Shown here: piece after piece, positions 7,528 through 15,980 of the stretch
Position numbering within the stretch: position 1 is the first letter of the stretch
How the letters are laid out: every line of letters starts with the position of its first letter
Source of the DNA: a virus
IMG/VR virus record: IMGVR_UViG_3300009537_000054
Location: 1-41,748 of that record
Direction: 5' to 3' (one strand)
DNA: 41,748 nucleotides
Notes under the pieces: model-generated
What the model saw: only the letters and a program-made list of their open reading frames with translations
Database searches by the model: none
What the model was told of the DNA's origin: nothing
Position numbers and translations under genes: made by a program

Positions 7528-9842
7528 CTCGCGTACCGCTCAACAAAGTTCGGCCTAACGCCCTGCTTATCCAGCACGTTGAAAGCGGCGTACAGCTTCC
7601 CGGCCACGACTTCCCTCAGTTCCCGGTCGTCCATTTTCATCAAGGAATCGTAGCTGGTGGCGTTCTCAAGGATGTGCACTTCCATTGTCTGAACGGTGAA
7701 GCTATCCCCGCCCCCTCCTCCTCCCCCGAGGAAGTTGGTGAGGTCTCGATTCTGTTCCGGCTGGATGACGCGCTCGCCCTTGTCGAGCAGGTACGAACCT
7801 TCGCTCGGGACGTTGGTCATTCCGGCATGTGCCTGGCCCATCTGTTGGGAGCGGATTGACTGGACGTTCGCCATCCCCAAGGCGAGCGCCGCTATCGCGG
7901 CGATAGGTCCAAGTATCCATCCGACGAAGGGGATTGCTGCTGCCGAGGCGTAGGCGCCGGTTGCGGCGGTGTAAGCGTTGATAGTCGCTTGCGCGATTGC
8001 GGCAGCTTTGCCGATCCTGAATCCGGCCTTGCTCTGCGTCTGCATGAGGCCTGTCAGGCTATTCAGTGATGTTGATGTGTAGGCCAGCTGCTGATCAAGC
8101 GTCATCTTTGATACTTGCAGGCGCGCGGCTTCCGCCTGGGCGATGACGTTTCCGAGTTTCGCCTGCTTCTTGATTTCGAGCTCGATAATGGCGTTGTCAT
8201 ATTGTTCTTTCGTGATCAACTGGTTGGCGTAATTCGTCTCGAGGCGCAGGCGTTCGGCCTCGTCCCTGGCGAGGGTGATCTCGTCTTGAGTCAGGTAGTC
8301 TTCACCCAGAGCGGTGTTCTTCGCTTCCAGGTAGGATGCCTGCAACTCAAGCAGTCTGGTCTTCACGAACTGGTCGGCCTGTATTTGAGATAGCCCGGCC
8401 TCTACCATGAAGGCGGCTTCTTGCGATATCAGCTCGTGCTGTCGTCCACGGTATTGAGCATCAGAAATACCCAGCCCCGCGAGCATCCCGTCTTCGATCT
8501 GTTGCCTCTGGGCGGCGTAGGCTCTCTGTAACGCCAGCTCGGCGTCGACCTTGGCTTGACCGGCGAAGCGCAGCTCCTCGATCTGCCGCATCTGGAACTT
8601 GAACTCTTGGTCTAACAGGGCGAGCTTGTTCCCGGTGGCCGTCTGTTCCAGCTTGATGGTGCTGTTGATAAAGGCCTCTTGTGCCTTCCGGTAGGTCTCC
8701 AATTCAGCAGCGGCTGCTTTACTGATGTAGTTGAATTTGTAACTGCTGGCGGTCTTCGCCGATTCCCCGACACGCTTGATGCCGTTGTTGTAATCATCCA
8801 TGTACTGGTTGATTTTATTAATCCCTTCCGCGGTGTTCCGCATGTCCGCATCGATTCCGGAGAAGACCTCCGTGGCGGTCTTGCCCATGTCATCCCAGCC
8901 TGACCTGATGGTCTGGCCAGCGGCTTTGAAATTACCCTCGGCGGCTTCAACTGCGGCCAGCCCTGCGTCTGCGATGAACTGCCCGGCGGCTTTGAATGAG
9001 CCGACGATGGTATCTGTGAGGCCGGTGAATATTGATTTTAACGCCAGGACGGCGGTCGCCACATGCCCCACGGTATTGACGACGATCTTACCCCACGGGA
9101 CGATTGACTCCGTTCCGGTTTCCCCGAACTTGAAGATGGTCTCAATGAAGTCGTTGAAGATCGGCAGGACCATTTTGGCGACACCGCGCGCCGTCCCGAC
9201 GCCGATGTTCCCGATGTTCGTCATGTTGTCGTTGAAGCGTTCGGCGGCTTTCCCGAACTCGGCGTCGATGGTTTTGTTCATCGCGTCGGCTTGATTCATG
9301 AACTTCTCTACCCCCGCACGTCCCTCGGCGAAGGCGGGTGCTAGTTTGGTGCCGGCCTTGCCGAACTTCTCAAGGAGGAGGGTGGTTCTGGCGGATGGGT
9401 CTTCGATCTGGACGAAGGCGTCGGCGATACGGAGCAGCACTTCATCGGGTGTGGACTCCCGGATGTCCTTCATCGAGAGTCCGACGGAGTCGAACGAGAT
9501 GCGCGCGGCATCGTTGCCTTGCTTGGCCTCGTCGAGTGATTTGTTCAGGAACTTGAAACTGGACTCCAACTCGTTCGTGGTGAGTCCTGCTAATTCAAAG
9601 GCGTGATCCAGTTGCGAGAGGGTGTCGATTGCCACCCCGGTACGCTGTGACATCTTGCTGAATTCGTCGGCAACCTTGATCTGGTCGTTGACGAAACTCC
9701 CCAGCTTGACGGCGGCGTAGGCAACAGCTGCGGCCCCGAGTGCCTTGGTGACGCCTCCTATGGCGCCGTCAAGGTCACCGAATGCCTTCTTCGCGTCGGA
9801 GGAGTCTCCCTTGATTTTGTATTCAATTACATTCTCAGCCAC
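7524..9842 (-). CDS. Tail tape measure protein
   Basis: 772 aa, Ala/Gly/Gln-rich and helical, with hydrophobic stretches and a Gly7 run near the C-terminus. It lies directly after the G/GT chaperone pair. GTG start at 9842. Confidence 0.85.
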   Translation of the reverse strand: MAENVIEYKIKGDSSDAKKAFGDLDGAIGGVTKALGAAAVAYAAVKLGSFVNDQIKVADEFSKMSQRTGVAIDTLSQLDHAFELAGLTTNELESSFKFLNKSLDEAKQGNDAARISFDSVGLSMKDIRESTPDEVLLRIADAFVQIEDPSARTTLLLEKFGKAGTKLAPAFAEGRAGVEKFMNQADAMNKTIDAEFGKAAERFNDNMTNIGNIGVGTARGVAKMVLPIFNDFIETIFKFGETGTESIVPWGKIVVNTVGHVATAVLALKSIFTGLTDTIVGSFKAAGQFIADAGLAAVEAAEGNFKAAGQTIRSGWDDMGKTATEVFSGIDADMRNTAEGINKINQYMDDYNNGIKRVGESAKTASSYKFNYISKAAAAELETYRKAQEAFINSTIKLEQTATGNKLALLDQEFKFQMRQIEELRFAGQAKVDAELALQRAYAAQRQQIEDGMLAGLGISDAQYRGRQHELISQEAAFMVEAGLSQIQADQFVKTRLLELQASYLEAKNTALGEDYLTQDEITLARDEAERLRLETNYANQLITKEQYDNAIIELEIKKQAKLGNVIAQAEAARLQVSKMTLDQQLAYTSTSLNSLTGLMQTQSKAGFRIGKAAAIAQATINAYTAATGAYASAAAIPFVGWILGPIAAIAALALGMANVQSIRSQQMGQAHAGMTNVPSEGSYLLDKGERVIQPEQNRDLTNFLGGGGGGGDSFTVQTMEVHILENATSYDSLMKMDDRELREVVAGKLYAAFNVLDKQGVRPNFVERYAR

Positions 9843-10433
9843 GTTTCACCCTGTCGCGTATCTCGTCGGCCATTATTCTGAATGCCTCGGTCAGCAGAAC
9901 TTCCTGCTCCATCCAAGGCTCACCGTCCGGGTAATCTGTCCGTTTAACGTGTGCCTTACGTTGTGAGACATCTATATCAACGCAGCTGATGAATGCCTTG
10001 TACCACCAGACTGTTAGGATGCCTCCAACGTCGTCGGGCTTGCACTCTCTCCCGAAGAAACTTCTGGCTGTACCGCTGCGGATTTTTTTGCGTCCACCTC
10101 GCTCATCACGGAGACCTGAATCAGCATCCCGAGAATTTGATCGAGCAGCGGAAGAAAATAGGACTCCTCCAAGATGTCCTTGAACTCCAGAGCGTTGCCG
10201 TCCGCGTCTTTCAATCCGCTGAGTTCCGTCACACACTCGGCCAGCGGTTCCTTCGCCACATCGACGAGCTTCGACGTCCTCAACAGGAGACCGCCGGACG
10301 ACTTCTCGAACGGTTCCGATAGTGCCGGACCGATGTGGAGCATGTGTTTGTTCTTCATGCGCCTCATTTTGATCTTGAGCAAGTCTCCGTCGAAGGTGAT
10401 CTCCTGCTCTACTACCTTACTGAAATGTCCCAT
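9835..10433 (-). CDS. Tail assembly chaperone GT-like fusion made by -1 programmed frameshift (117 + 82 aa)
   Basis: The -1 frame is open from the heptamer to TGA at 9835..9837 (…KKIRSGTARSFFGRE…EIRDRVKRG) and has no start codon of its own near the overlap. Confidence 0.65.
10014..10433 (-). CDS. Tail assembly chaperone (gpG-like, zero-frame product)
   Basis: 139-aa acidic protein between the tube and tape measure genes. It contains the A AAA AAA slippery heptamer near its 3' end. Confidence 0.75.
   Translation of the reverse strand: MGHFSKVVEQEITFDGDLLKIKMRRMKNKHMLHIGPALSEPFEKSSGGLLLRTSKLVDVAKEPLAECVTELSGLKDADGNALEFKDILEESYFLPLLDQILGMLIQVSVMSEVDAKKSAAVQPEVSSGESASPTTLEAS
10083..10089 (-). 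other. Slippery heptamer A AAA AAA (-1 ribosomal frameshift site)
   Basis: The plus strand reads ttttttt at 10083..10089. In the G frame the codons are GCA AAA AAA (A115 K116 K117). Confidence 0.7.
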
Positions 10434-10450
10434 TGCGTGGTCCTCTTTGG

Positions 10451-11416
10451 TTAATAAGCGGCCTGGGTATTCGCCAGGGTAATCTGCAACATCGTGGCGC
10501 TGGTCGTTGAGTACACGCCTTTGCCACTGAAACCGACTTCAATTTTCTCCGCTCCCCCAGCGACTGGTTTGAAGTCGGTGTAACGGAAAAGAGGGACGAC
10601 CATGGTCAGCGTTTCCGGGTAGCCTGATTGAACTTCAGTCGCCCCTTTCATGTGGACGGTCAGGTTGCGCTCTGACTGTGAGAGGAATTGCTGGTACTCG
10701 GTCTGTGTGTCGAATATCAACGTCCCGCCCACGGCCAAGGTACGGCGGCCGCTACGGACAGTCCTGGATGGCGTTTTCGTGTTGTTGAGGGTGTTCTTAT
10801 TCTCAAGGGCCTCATCCAGTTCCAGGGTCATGTCGCTCATGTCCCCGTTCGCGCCACCGGCGATGGCCACGCTGGTCACATCCCAGGTGAACGGTTTGCC
10901 GGCCGGGTAACTGGCTGCGGGCGCCACGATCTGGGAGTACTTTCCCCCCATGAAGTCCATCGACGCCTTGAGCAGTTCCCCGTTGGCGATAGAGATCGAC
11001 AGCTTGCTCGCCACCATGTCGGAGTATCGGTGTGCACTTCCGGCGTCCCCCAGTATTTTGGTGAAGGTGAGCGGGTTGCTGGCGGCATAGACATCAAAGT
11101 CCGCTGTCCGTGGTTTGAAGGTGTGCGAATAAAACGCACCGGAGGTAACGGTTGTCGGTGATCCGAACATCGCCTTGAGCATCGCGCCCAAGGCTATCGG
11201 ATTGGCCTCGACCTCGAGGGTTGCCTCGTTCGCGTTCAATCCCTCGTGAGTCGCGCCCTCGTCGAATCGGCCGGTCATGTTCTCTTCGACCAGAGGTTCC
11301 TTGGTGACGGCGAACCCTTCCGACAGGAAAGGGATCCAATAAATTGAGTTTGCCAGAGCCGTCCCGTATGAATTCTGGAACGACATGCCGACGTTGGTTT
11401 TCATTCCGTAGCTCAT
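10451..11416 (-). CDS. Major tail tube protein
   Basis: 321 aa, beta-rich, just upstream of the chaperone pair. The composition and length are typical of siphovirus tube proteins. Confidence 0.65.
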   Translation of the reverse strand: MSYGMKTNVGMSFQNSYGTALANSIYWIPFLSEGFAVTKEPLVEENMTGRFDEGATHEGLNANEATLEVEANPIALGAMLKAMFGSPTTVTSGAFYSHTFKPRTADFDVYAASNPLTFTKILGDAGSAHRYSDMVASKLSISIANGELLKASMDFMGGKYSQIVAPAASYPAGKPFTWDVTSVAIAGGANGDMSDMTLELDEALENKNTLNNTKTPSRTVRSGRRTLAVGGTLIFDTQTEYQQFLSQSERNLTVHMKGATEVQSGYPETLTMVVPLFRYTDFKPVAGGAEKIEVGFSGKGVYSTTSATMLQITLANTQAAY

Positions 11417-11610
11417 AGCGTCTCCTCTGTCTTCGACTTCTTGGTTGGTGTTGGATTGTGGGCGGTCGGAGTATTCCCGATGGCTTTCGCCTCGCCCTGG
11501 TTGATAAACTTGTCGGCGAGGTCATCCGGCATACCGATGATGTCGCCCGTGTTCGCCACCCCTACGTCAGGGATGATCCGCTCCGGTGATAGCCACTCGA
11601 CTCTCTTCAT
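11413..11610 (-). CDS. Small hypothetical protein (neck/tail module)
   Basis: Start reset to ATG 11610 (ATGA overlap with the upstream stop). 65 aa. Confidence 0.45.
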   Translation of the reverse strand: MKRVEWLSPERIIPDVGVANTGDIIGMPDDLADKFINQGEAKAIGNTPTAHNPTPTKKSKTEETL

Positions 11611-12062
11611 ATTCCTGTCCTCGTCTCGTAAATGAGTGTAATAAATGCCCACTGGAAATCCATTGTCTTGCTCTCCGTCTCATCATAGCTGTATTCGATG
11701 TGTGCGGTGTTGAGCATACCAACCTTGTTCTTGATCGTCAGGTCAGAAAGCACGGCGGTCATCACATGATTGACAGCCTCTTCGAGAGCATCCTCGGCCT
11801 GCGGTCCGTTCGCCCCGTGTGCCTGGACTACCAGCTTCACGGTGATCTTGGCCTTCCATGAGTTCGCGTGATGGCCTAGCGCCCAAGGTTCGTAATCGAC
11901 GTCAGTCCGATATACCCCAACCCACGGGGTCCTCGCGGGGTCGCGGTTCACGTATTCACCCCGCTCAACGTCCTTGAAATTACCCTCGATGATCTCCGGG
12001 TGCTCCTTGAGCATCTTAACGAAGCTGTCGGTGATCTCGTTGGTTTTGATAAGGGCGCTCAT
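11607..12062 (-). CDS. Neck / tail-terminator-like protein
   Basis: 151 aa. The call is positional (between the Mu G-like gene and the tube gene). Confidence 0.4.
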   Translation of the reverse strand: MSALIKTNEITDSFVKMLKEHPEIIEGNFKDVERGEYVNRDPARTPWVGVYRTDVDYEPWALGHHANSWKAKITVKLVVQAHGANGPQAEDALEEAVNHVMTAVLSDLTIKNKVGMLNTAHIEYSYDETESKTMDFQWAFITLIYETRTGI

Positions 12063-12535
12063 GAGTTCAATGCCTTCTTATTCCACGCCGCCATGACCTC
12101 GCGCGCGGCACGCGTGACCTCTGCTTTCGCAGGGTTCTTGTCGGGGAGCATGGGCCTTGCTGGGAGTCCTTCTTCGCCCTTGTGGTGCGGTTTCGCATAC
12201 GGCAGGTCTGATCCGATGCCGGCCTGTTTCTTGTCTGCGAATGGTGTGAAGCTGGCCCTGAGCCTCCCGGTGTCCTGCAGGAGCTTCGCGGAGGCGTCGA
12301 ATGTCCGGCCCTTCGAGTTGGTTTTCCACCTCCCGCCGACTTTGAACGGCGCCCACCCGCCCACCTTACCGCCTTCGCTCTTGAAGTTCTTCTGTACCCA
12401 TTGATCAAGCAGAACCGCAGCTTGTGCGAGCGGTGTCCTCAGGTTCATCACAGCGTCACGCTTCACTCTCAGGCGCTTCCTCAGCTCCTGGGCGGTTGGT
12501 TTGATCGTTACCTCTAACTCATTTTTAGAGGCCAC
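12059..12535 (-). CDS. Virion morphogenesis / tail completion protein (Mu gpG-like)
   Basis: 158 aa with a GTG start. The motif LLQDTGRLRASF...IGSDLPYAKPHHKGEEGLPARPML resembles the Mu G / Phage_tail_S family. Confidence 0.55.
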   Translation of the reverse strand: MASKNELEVTIKPTAQELRKRLRVKRDAVMNLRTPLAQAAVLLDQWVQKNFKSEGGKVGGWAPFKVGGRWKTNSKGRTFDASAKLLQDTGRLRASFTPFADKKQAGIGSDLPYAKPHHKGEEGLPARPMLPDKNPAKAEVTRAAREVMAAWNKKALNS

Positions 12536-12971
12536 GGTCGTCTTGCTCCGCTTCGATCTGTGCCGAGGATGGCAGGGAATACTCGATAGGCCCGATCCCG
12601 TGTACCGGGTGATAGGCGTCGGTGGTGCTGTATACCGTCCCGCCCACGGTTTGCAGGGTCTCGCCGCTGGTCGTCATCATTTTCATACTGCCGTTCAGGA
12701 GCATGTCGATTTGTCCTGACACGTAACTGGTAACTGCTGCTGCTTTTTCGTTGTCCTTGTACCGGTACAGGCGCGCGAAGGTAAGGTCAATTGCCAGGTC
12801 TTTCGCCGTCATATTGTTGGTACTGAATGGCACGGTGAAGCCTCTCGATAGCCGCCCCTCTAATTCCGCGATAGCGAACGGTACCCACGAGGAATCGGCT
12901 TGAGTCGCGTCGGCGTGTTTCAGCGTCTCGGGATAGCGGCGGTTGATGTCTGCCCAATCAATCAATGGCAT
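12525..12971 (-). CDS. Head-tail connector protein (DUF1320/Mu gp36-like)
   Basis: 148 aa. The pattern ...AIAELEGRLSRGFTVPF...AKDLAIDLTFARLY and the position upstream of the gpG-like gene support the call. Confidence 0.4.
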   Translation of the reverse strand: MPLIDWADINRRYPETLKHADATQADSSWVPFAIAELEGRLSRGFTVPFSTNNMTAKDLAIDLTFARLYRYKDNEKAAAVTSYVSGQIDMLLNGSMKMMTTSGETLQTVGGTVYSTTDAYHPVHGIGPIEYSLPSSAQIEAEQDDRGL

Positions 12972-12972
12972 A

Positions 12973-13248
12973 TTAGTTCACGTCCTTAATGACGGCGCGG
13001 TATGGTGTCCTGTTCTTGTACGGCTTTCCGGCGATGGTCGCAAGGGTCTGCGCTACATAATAGCCCGGTGTATTCGGGATGGTATGGAGGTGATAGTAAT
13101 GCCCATCACCGGAGCTGATCATTGTCCCGGAATCGACCAGTGCTTCCGCTCCGTCGAATGCCGTGGCGATGATCGCGCTCGGCGTGACGCCTGAATTAAC
13201 CCATCTGATCTTGACGGTATCCCCACAAAGGAAGTCTTGCGTGCTCAT
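12973..13248 (-). CDS. Small structural-module protein
   Basis: 91 aa with ATGA coupling to the upstream 612-aa gene. Confidence 0.45.
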   Translation of the reverse strand: MSTQDFLCGDTVKIRWVNSGVTPSAIIATAFDGAEALVDSGTMISSGDGHYYHLHTIPNTPGYYVAQTLATIAGKPYKNRTPYRAVIKDVN

Positions 13249-15083
13249 AGGTTTCGCATCTCCATCACTACTGGCTCGGCTCTCTCGATGTTTAGTCTAG
13301 CATCTGACTTGTCCAATGCCATCACTACTGGCTCGGCTCTCAGGCTTTGTAATACGAATCCCAGCAGGAGTTGATAATACGTGATCTGAGTGGAAAGTGA
13401 ATCCTGTGCGTCTGCGTCGTCTCTCAGTATCCGATCCAGAAGCGCGAACCGGAAGGCGTTGTCGGCGGCTTCTACCGGATCGCTGATCGTTCTGCCAAGC
13501 ATCAGCACGCGCGCGGTGTTGTCGGCGGTGGTGAGTGTATCGATCACTGCCCGGACTACTGAGGCGCTGTACCAAGTGCCGTCCCGTGCATCCACGGACT
13601 CAGATTCCCTGCGGTACATCTTAACCGCCCTCCTCACCGCGTCCTCGGCACTGATCCCGTCATTCAATAGCCTGGTAACGATCAGGACGCCTGCCAAGGT
13701 GATAGTCGAGGCGAAGATGTCATCTGCCGATGTGAAGTCGATGATTCTCCGGTAGGCCACAATAAACCGGCGCATCTCGTCGGTTGCCCCGGCGGTATCG
13801 GCGACCAGCGTCATCATCCTACGTGAGCGCGCGAGGGCGTCTTCTGTGGAGGCTGTGTCTTCCGTCCTCCGGTATGCCTTGGTCCCTCGGGTGGTGTTGT
13901 CCTGTGCGGTTGTGGTGTCCGTGGTCCTGTGGTTCAGGAGTGCGGCCCTTTGTACCAGCTCCGAGATGTCCACCCCGTCATTCAGGAGGCGAGACACAAT
14001 CAGGTATCCGCCTTCGGTGATCGTCCTGATCAGGGCGTCCGTGACAGGCGTCGTGTCAACCAGAATACGGATGAGCTGCAATAATCTCTGGGCGGAATCG
14101 ATAACCTCTGTGCCGTCGTTCGTCTTCCTGAAGGCTTCTATCGCCCGCTGCATCCGGTCGGTAAGACTGGCTTGGTCGTTCGTCGTCCTGCCCATCTGAG
14201 CTGATCTCATCACGGCGTCTGTTGGGTTAATTCGTGTCTCTCTGGCGATACGGTTCAACTTACGCGCTCTGGTCAGGGCGTCGGCCAGTGTCAAGATATC
14301 CGTCGGCATTTGCCGGTATGCCTTCGTTCCTCGGATCGGGCTGTCGGTGGTGCTTACAGACTCACTGATAGTCCTCGTGTAGTTGGTGCCGCCTAGAGCA
14401 TTCGGCCTGATCTCGAAACCAATGACCGAGTTTTCGTCTGCTGGAGTAGTGGCCGAGCCGCCCGTGATGGTCCCGGGGTCGGCGGTCGGGGTGGCCGTTT
14501 GCAGCTGGCACATGCAGCCCTGTGCGCCGATGGTCGAGGTGAAAAATTCCGCCAGCGCTTCCGTCCAGTCACCACCAGACTCGCCGGTAAAGCTGTCGAG
14601 CGTGTTGTTGTCGTCTTGAGATACAAGCGCGACCGCCAGCGCCCCGGCGACCGTTGTCGTTACAGTTGGTGCCTGCGGTGATGTATCGCTGGGGATGTCG
14701 CTGAAACTCGCGGCAGGAATGACATCGGTGATGCTGCCGGAAACGTATCCGCTGAAGCTGTAGATGCGACCGAAGCGGCCGGCCGTGCCGCCCGCCGTTC
14801 CGAAATTGATGGTAGCGCCGTCCTCGGTGCCGGCGGCGAGCTTTCCGTAAACGTAGGCGCGCCCGGTCGGGGTGCCGGTGCCAAGGCCCGCGCCGAGTCC
14901 TGAAACGGTGTAGAGCCTTGTCCAGCCCGAGGGGTCGGTTGGCTCGGTTGCGTTGTCGAGCCAGATGACATGCCCGACAAGGATGTCGTTTGCATCGACT
15001 GTCGCGGGGCAGGCCAGTGCAAGCTGCGCGCCGGTGGTTTCGGTGCCGCCACCGGCGCCTGCGGATTTATAGGCGATAGGCAT
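13245..15083 (-). CDS. Large repeat-containing virion protein (beta-rich N-domain plus duplicated helical repeats)
   Basis: 612 aa with an internal duplication (…RGTKAYRQMP…ITEGGYLIVSRLLNDGVDISE… / …RGTKAYRRTE…ITLAGVLIVTRLLNDGISAED…). The C-terminus carries a 19-aa duplication. Confidence 0.5.
   Translation of the reverse strand: MPIAYKSAGAGGGTETTGAQLALACPATVDANDILVGHVIWLDNATEPTDPSGWTRLYTVSGLGAGLGTGTPTGRAYVYGKLAAGTEDGATINFGTAGGTAGRFGRIYSFSGYVSGSITDVIPAASFSDIPSDTSPQAPTVTTTVAGALAVALVSQDDNNTLDSFTGESGGDWTEALAEFFTSTIGAQGCMCQLQTATPTADPGTITGGSATTPADENSVIGFEIRPNALGGTNYTRTISESVSTTDSPIRGTKAYRQMPTDILTLADALTRARKLNRIARETRINPTDAVMRSAQMGRTTNDQASLTDRMQRAIEAFRKTNDGTEVIDSAQRLLQLIRILVDTTPVTDALIRTITEGGYLIVSRLLNDGVDISELVQRAALLNHRTTDTTTAQDNTTRGTKAYRRTEDTASTEDALARSRRMMTLVADTAGATDEMRRFIVAYRRIIDFTSADDIFASTITLAGVLIVTRLLNDGISAEDAVRRAVKMYRRESESVDARDGTWYSASVVRAVIDTLTTADNTARVLMLGRTISDPVEAADNAFRFALLDRILRDDADAQDSLSTQITYYQLLLGFVLQSLRAEPVVMALDKSDARLNIERAEPVVMEMRNL
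13262..13284. repeat. 23-bp exact direct repeat, copy 1 (ccatcactactggctcggctctc)
   Basis: Identical to 13319..13341. The offset is 57 bp, in frame, and duplicates AEPVVM at the C-terminus of the 612-aa protein. Confidence 0.9.
13319..13341. repeat. 23-bp exact direct repeat, copy 2
   Basis: See copy 1. Confidence 0.9.
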
Positions 15084-15195
15084 TTATGTTGCCATTATTT
15101 GTGTACGCTTTTGGTGGTTATCGTGAACACCCCGCCGGAAACAACCAGCAGCCGAAGCGCATGGTAGTAGTGGCCGACGAGTCTCACGGGCATGG

Positions 15196-15462
15196 CTAAC
15201 TTCCCACCGCCTCAAGCGCGCCCATGGTCGCCTGCGGTTTGGCGCGACACGGTGGTGCCAGCGGGGCGGCGGCGAGGCCAGGGCCGCAATCGGGCCAGCT
15301 ACCGGGGATCGGCAGCGGGTCAGGCGTTGGTGCTGGGGCCGTTTGATCGGCAGCGGGCGCGCCATTCTTTCCGCAGGCCACTATTCCAAAACCAACCGGA
15401 AGCACGGCAGTGGTCAGCAGCGTGACGGCCCACAGCCAGCGCCAGTCTCTCCTTATCCTCAC
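15196..15462 (-). CDS. Proline-rich lipoprotein (88 aa, GTG start)
   Basis: GTG at 15462..15460 overlaps the upstream TGA (GTGA). N-terminus RIRRDWRWLWAVTLLTTAVLPVGFGIVAC has a basic n-region, a hydrophobic core and an I-V-A-C lipobox. The mature part is Pro-rich with 3 more Cys. Confidence 0.55.
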   Translation of the reverse strand: MRIRRDWRWLWAVTLLTTAVLPVGFGIVACGKNGAPAADQTAPAPTPDPLPIPGSWPDCGPGLAAAPLAPPCRAKPQATMGALEAVGS

Positions 15463-15980
15463 AAATTGTGAGACCCGATGCTGATCTCTGCCTGTAACAG
15501 CAGGAAGTCGCTCGCCGCCAATGTGGCGTTGACCGAATTGGTCAGGTTGTAGGCGATACCCTGTCCGCTGCTCGCATGATTCACACAGGCCGCTGAAGCC
15601 AATGCCACGCCGGTCAGGCCGTCGGTATTCCCTGCCCACGTCATGGCCAGAATCACCGTCATTTTCGACGTGGCGAGTGTTGCCGGTGCCTTGCGACTGA
15701 CTTCTCCGAATTGCAGGCCGGTGTTCCCCAAGGAGAAGGCGGTCGATACCGTGCCGATGGCCAGATACGCTATCCCGCTGGTGGTGACCCCGATGGCCCT
15801 TGATGCGAGCGCGTTCAGGCCGGTGGCGGTGACAATGTTCTTCGGGATGATGGTCTCGTCGATGGACCCATCCGCGCGCGTGATGCGCTTGCGCCACTTC
15901 ACGTTGAGCGGGATGCGGTCGTGTAGCGCGTCCTGGAATTCTGCCAGGAGGCGCGCTTCCTCAGTAATATTTGGATTCAT
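15459..15980 (-). CDS. Structural-module protein, possibly fibre/collar related
   Basis: 173 aa. The pattern IVTATGLNALASRAIG...IAYLAIGT...GNTGLQFGEVSRK is reminiscent of tail-collar fibre N-domains. This is a weak call. Confidence 0.35.
   Translation of the reverse strand: MNPNITEEARLLAEFQDALHDRIPLNVKWRKRITRADGSIDETIIPKNIVTATGLNALASRAIGVTTSGIAYLAIGTVSTAFSLGNTGLQFGEVSRKAPATLATSKMTVILAMTWAGNTDGLTGVALASAACVNHASSGQGIAYNLTNSVNATLAASDFLLLQAEISIGSHNL

Noticed and set aside
7690-7745. Gly7 run (FLGGGGGGGDSF) in the tape measure protein as a possible slippage tract
   Set aside because: The DNA is a mixed ccc/ctc/cgc codon series (gccccctcctcctccccc), not a long homopolymer. It gives no evidence for phase variation.
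15084-15365. 93-aa Arg/Pro-rich minus-strand ORF, and the 32-codon ORF 15095..15193
   Set aside because: The 93-aa frame is out of frame with the lipoprotein candidate and has a shadow-like composition. The 32-codon ORF has no RBS and no recognisable feature, so I could not support it as a gene.
15463-15897. Upstream two-thirds of the 233-aa minus-strand ORF 15196..15897
   Set aside because: It overlaps the better-supported 15459..15980 gene out of frame, and the translation is His/Arg/Gly-rich nonsense-like. I kept only the 3' part, from GTG 15462, which has a lipoprotein signal.
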